A stretch of 64,000 bases of DNA from Leucoraja erinacea (lineage: Eukaryota): positions 20,584,001 to 20,648,000 of the forward strand of contig NC_073391.1 of the NCBI RefSeq assembly GCF_028641065.1, read 5' to 3'. The translations under genes were made by a program, and so were the position numbers. Numbering within the stretch: the stretch's first letter is position 1; the number at the start of each line of letters is the position of its first letter. This document shows positions 62,857 through 64,000 of this stretch, in pieces. A model generated the notes under the pieces. It was given only the letters and a program-made list of their open reading frames with translations. It made no database searches and was not told the DNA's origin.

Positions 62857-63172
62857 ATGGCTAAGGTAAGTATTACTAGATCAGCTTCATATTTAGGTCT
62901 CTCATCCAGGTTTCCCGACTTACAACATCCTCTGTCGAGGCTGGGTGATCCTGAAACGGTTTCAGTACAGGGTGTTTCTACGCTGTCAAGCAGAGGACTG
63001 GGCAGTGAAAGATTTGGTTCACAGAAACTTAAAAATAGTAGGATGGTATCAAAATTTACTGAAAATGCATCTGAAAGTGGTGAATGTGGATCTGCATTAG
63101 AAAATGCAATGAAAAGGCACAAGATGGAGCAGCTGGACACCTGGAGGAAGCTGGATCGCTGGCTAAATCTCA
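62857..63172 (+). CDS. Possible first coding exon of an unidentified gene (MAKVSITRSASYLG...RKLDRWLNL)
   Basis: Acceptor ttgttcag at 62841, AAAATGG Kozak, 105 open codons, donor CTCA|gtaagt. An alternative donor AAG|gtaagt follows MAK. No homolog recognised. Confidence 0.35.
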
Positions 63173-63917
63173 GTAAGTGGCAATATTAAATGAAATTTTA
63201 ATGATAATTTGAATTAAGTGTCACCATTCAATAAATTTAATATTCCCAGCCATGTATCTGACCACGGCCCCATCTGAAATTTGAATCTATATCCCATATG
63301 ATCAAGTATAAAGGATCAAATCTCAGAACATTTGGAAGGAAAAGCTGTAAAGTTCTAATTTTCAAATGCCTCCTGATCCTGGTGAATTTATGCTCGCCCC
63401 TTCCGAAGGTTGTGCACAGGCTACTAGGATTGGTCTATTTACAAAACATGCTTAAATTGAAATACTATCAAGATTTTCTAATGGTGTTGTCGGATAACCC
63501 TTAGAGATTAGCTGGCACTCACTCTTCTACTGAATAATGCAGGAACACCACGGTGTATTTGTGAATCATACCCAATGGTCAGCAATAAATTGTGCTTGCC
63601 AACTCTTTTTTTTTCTGGAGTTAATGGACGACTACAAACCAACTAAAATGAAGCAATCAGCTTTGCTGCCCCCACAACATAAATCTTTTGTCCTTCATTT
63701 TCGTATTTTGTAAGTGTCAATGCCCTGAACTTTGCATGTTTCTGTAAATAAAAAAAAAGATGCGGTTATGTATGAACAGAATAGGTTGCAGGATGATTAT
63801 AATTGAATGAGGATGTACACTGGAATTAAACTTTTATGCCTTTTGAAGTGCATACTAAACGCATATCACGCTTATAGCTGTAGAAACAAGGAACTGCAGA
63901 TGTTGGTTTGCACAAAT

Positions 63918-64000
63918 GTGGCGAGGTGGTTGCTGCCTTACAGTGCCAGAGACCCGGGATCAATCCTGACAATGGGTCCTATCTGTATTGACTTTGTACA
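63918..64000 (+). mobile_element. SINE 5' end (runs off window)
   Basis: TTGCTGCCTTACAGTGCCAGAGACCCGGGATCAATCCTGAC, a tRNA-like head with B-box. Confidence 0.65.

Overview
Vertebrate genomic DNA. The repeat landscape (CR1, Rex1/Babar, Penelope, V-SINE-like) suggests a cartilaginous fish, probably a skate or ray; that assignment is inference. Two complete spliced genes sit head-to-head on a GC/CpG-rich promoter with only 238 bp between start codons. LSM1 is on the minus strand (4 coding exons, 22217->9241, 133 aa). PRDX3 is on the plus strand (7 coding exons, 22456->35655, 252 aa). All their introns are GT-AG and the exon phases chain correctly. The rest is mostly transposable elements: Tx1, Rex1/Babar, CR1, L2 and Penelope-like retroelements, SINEs, a Tc1 end, an Academ-like element (TAG..CTA ends, AAT TSD), a Helitron, hAT and Harbinger MITEs, and a Charlie-type hAT relic. 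The most notable observations are: many short Penelope-derived inserts carrying minimal hammerhead-ribozyme motifs, often as hairpins; the LSM1/PRDX3 divergent pair, which is not adjacent in human; coding-like cargo in the Academ-like element; an E-box cluster in LSM1 intron 1; and two unidentified exon-like segments near the window ends. TE boundaries without a TIR or TSD are approximate. I found no clearly novel biological system.
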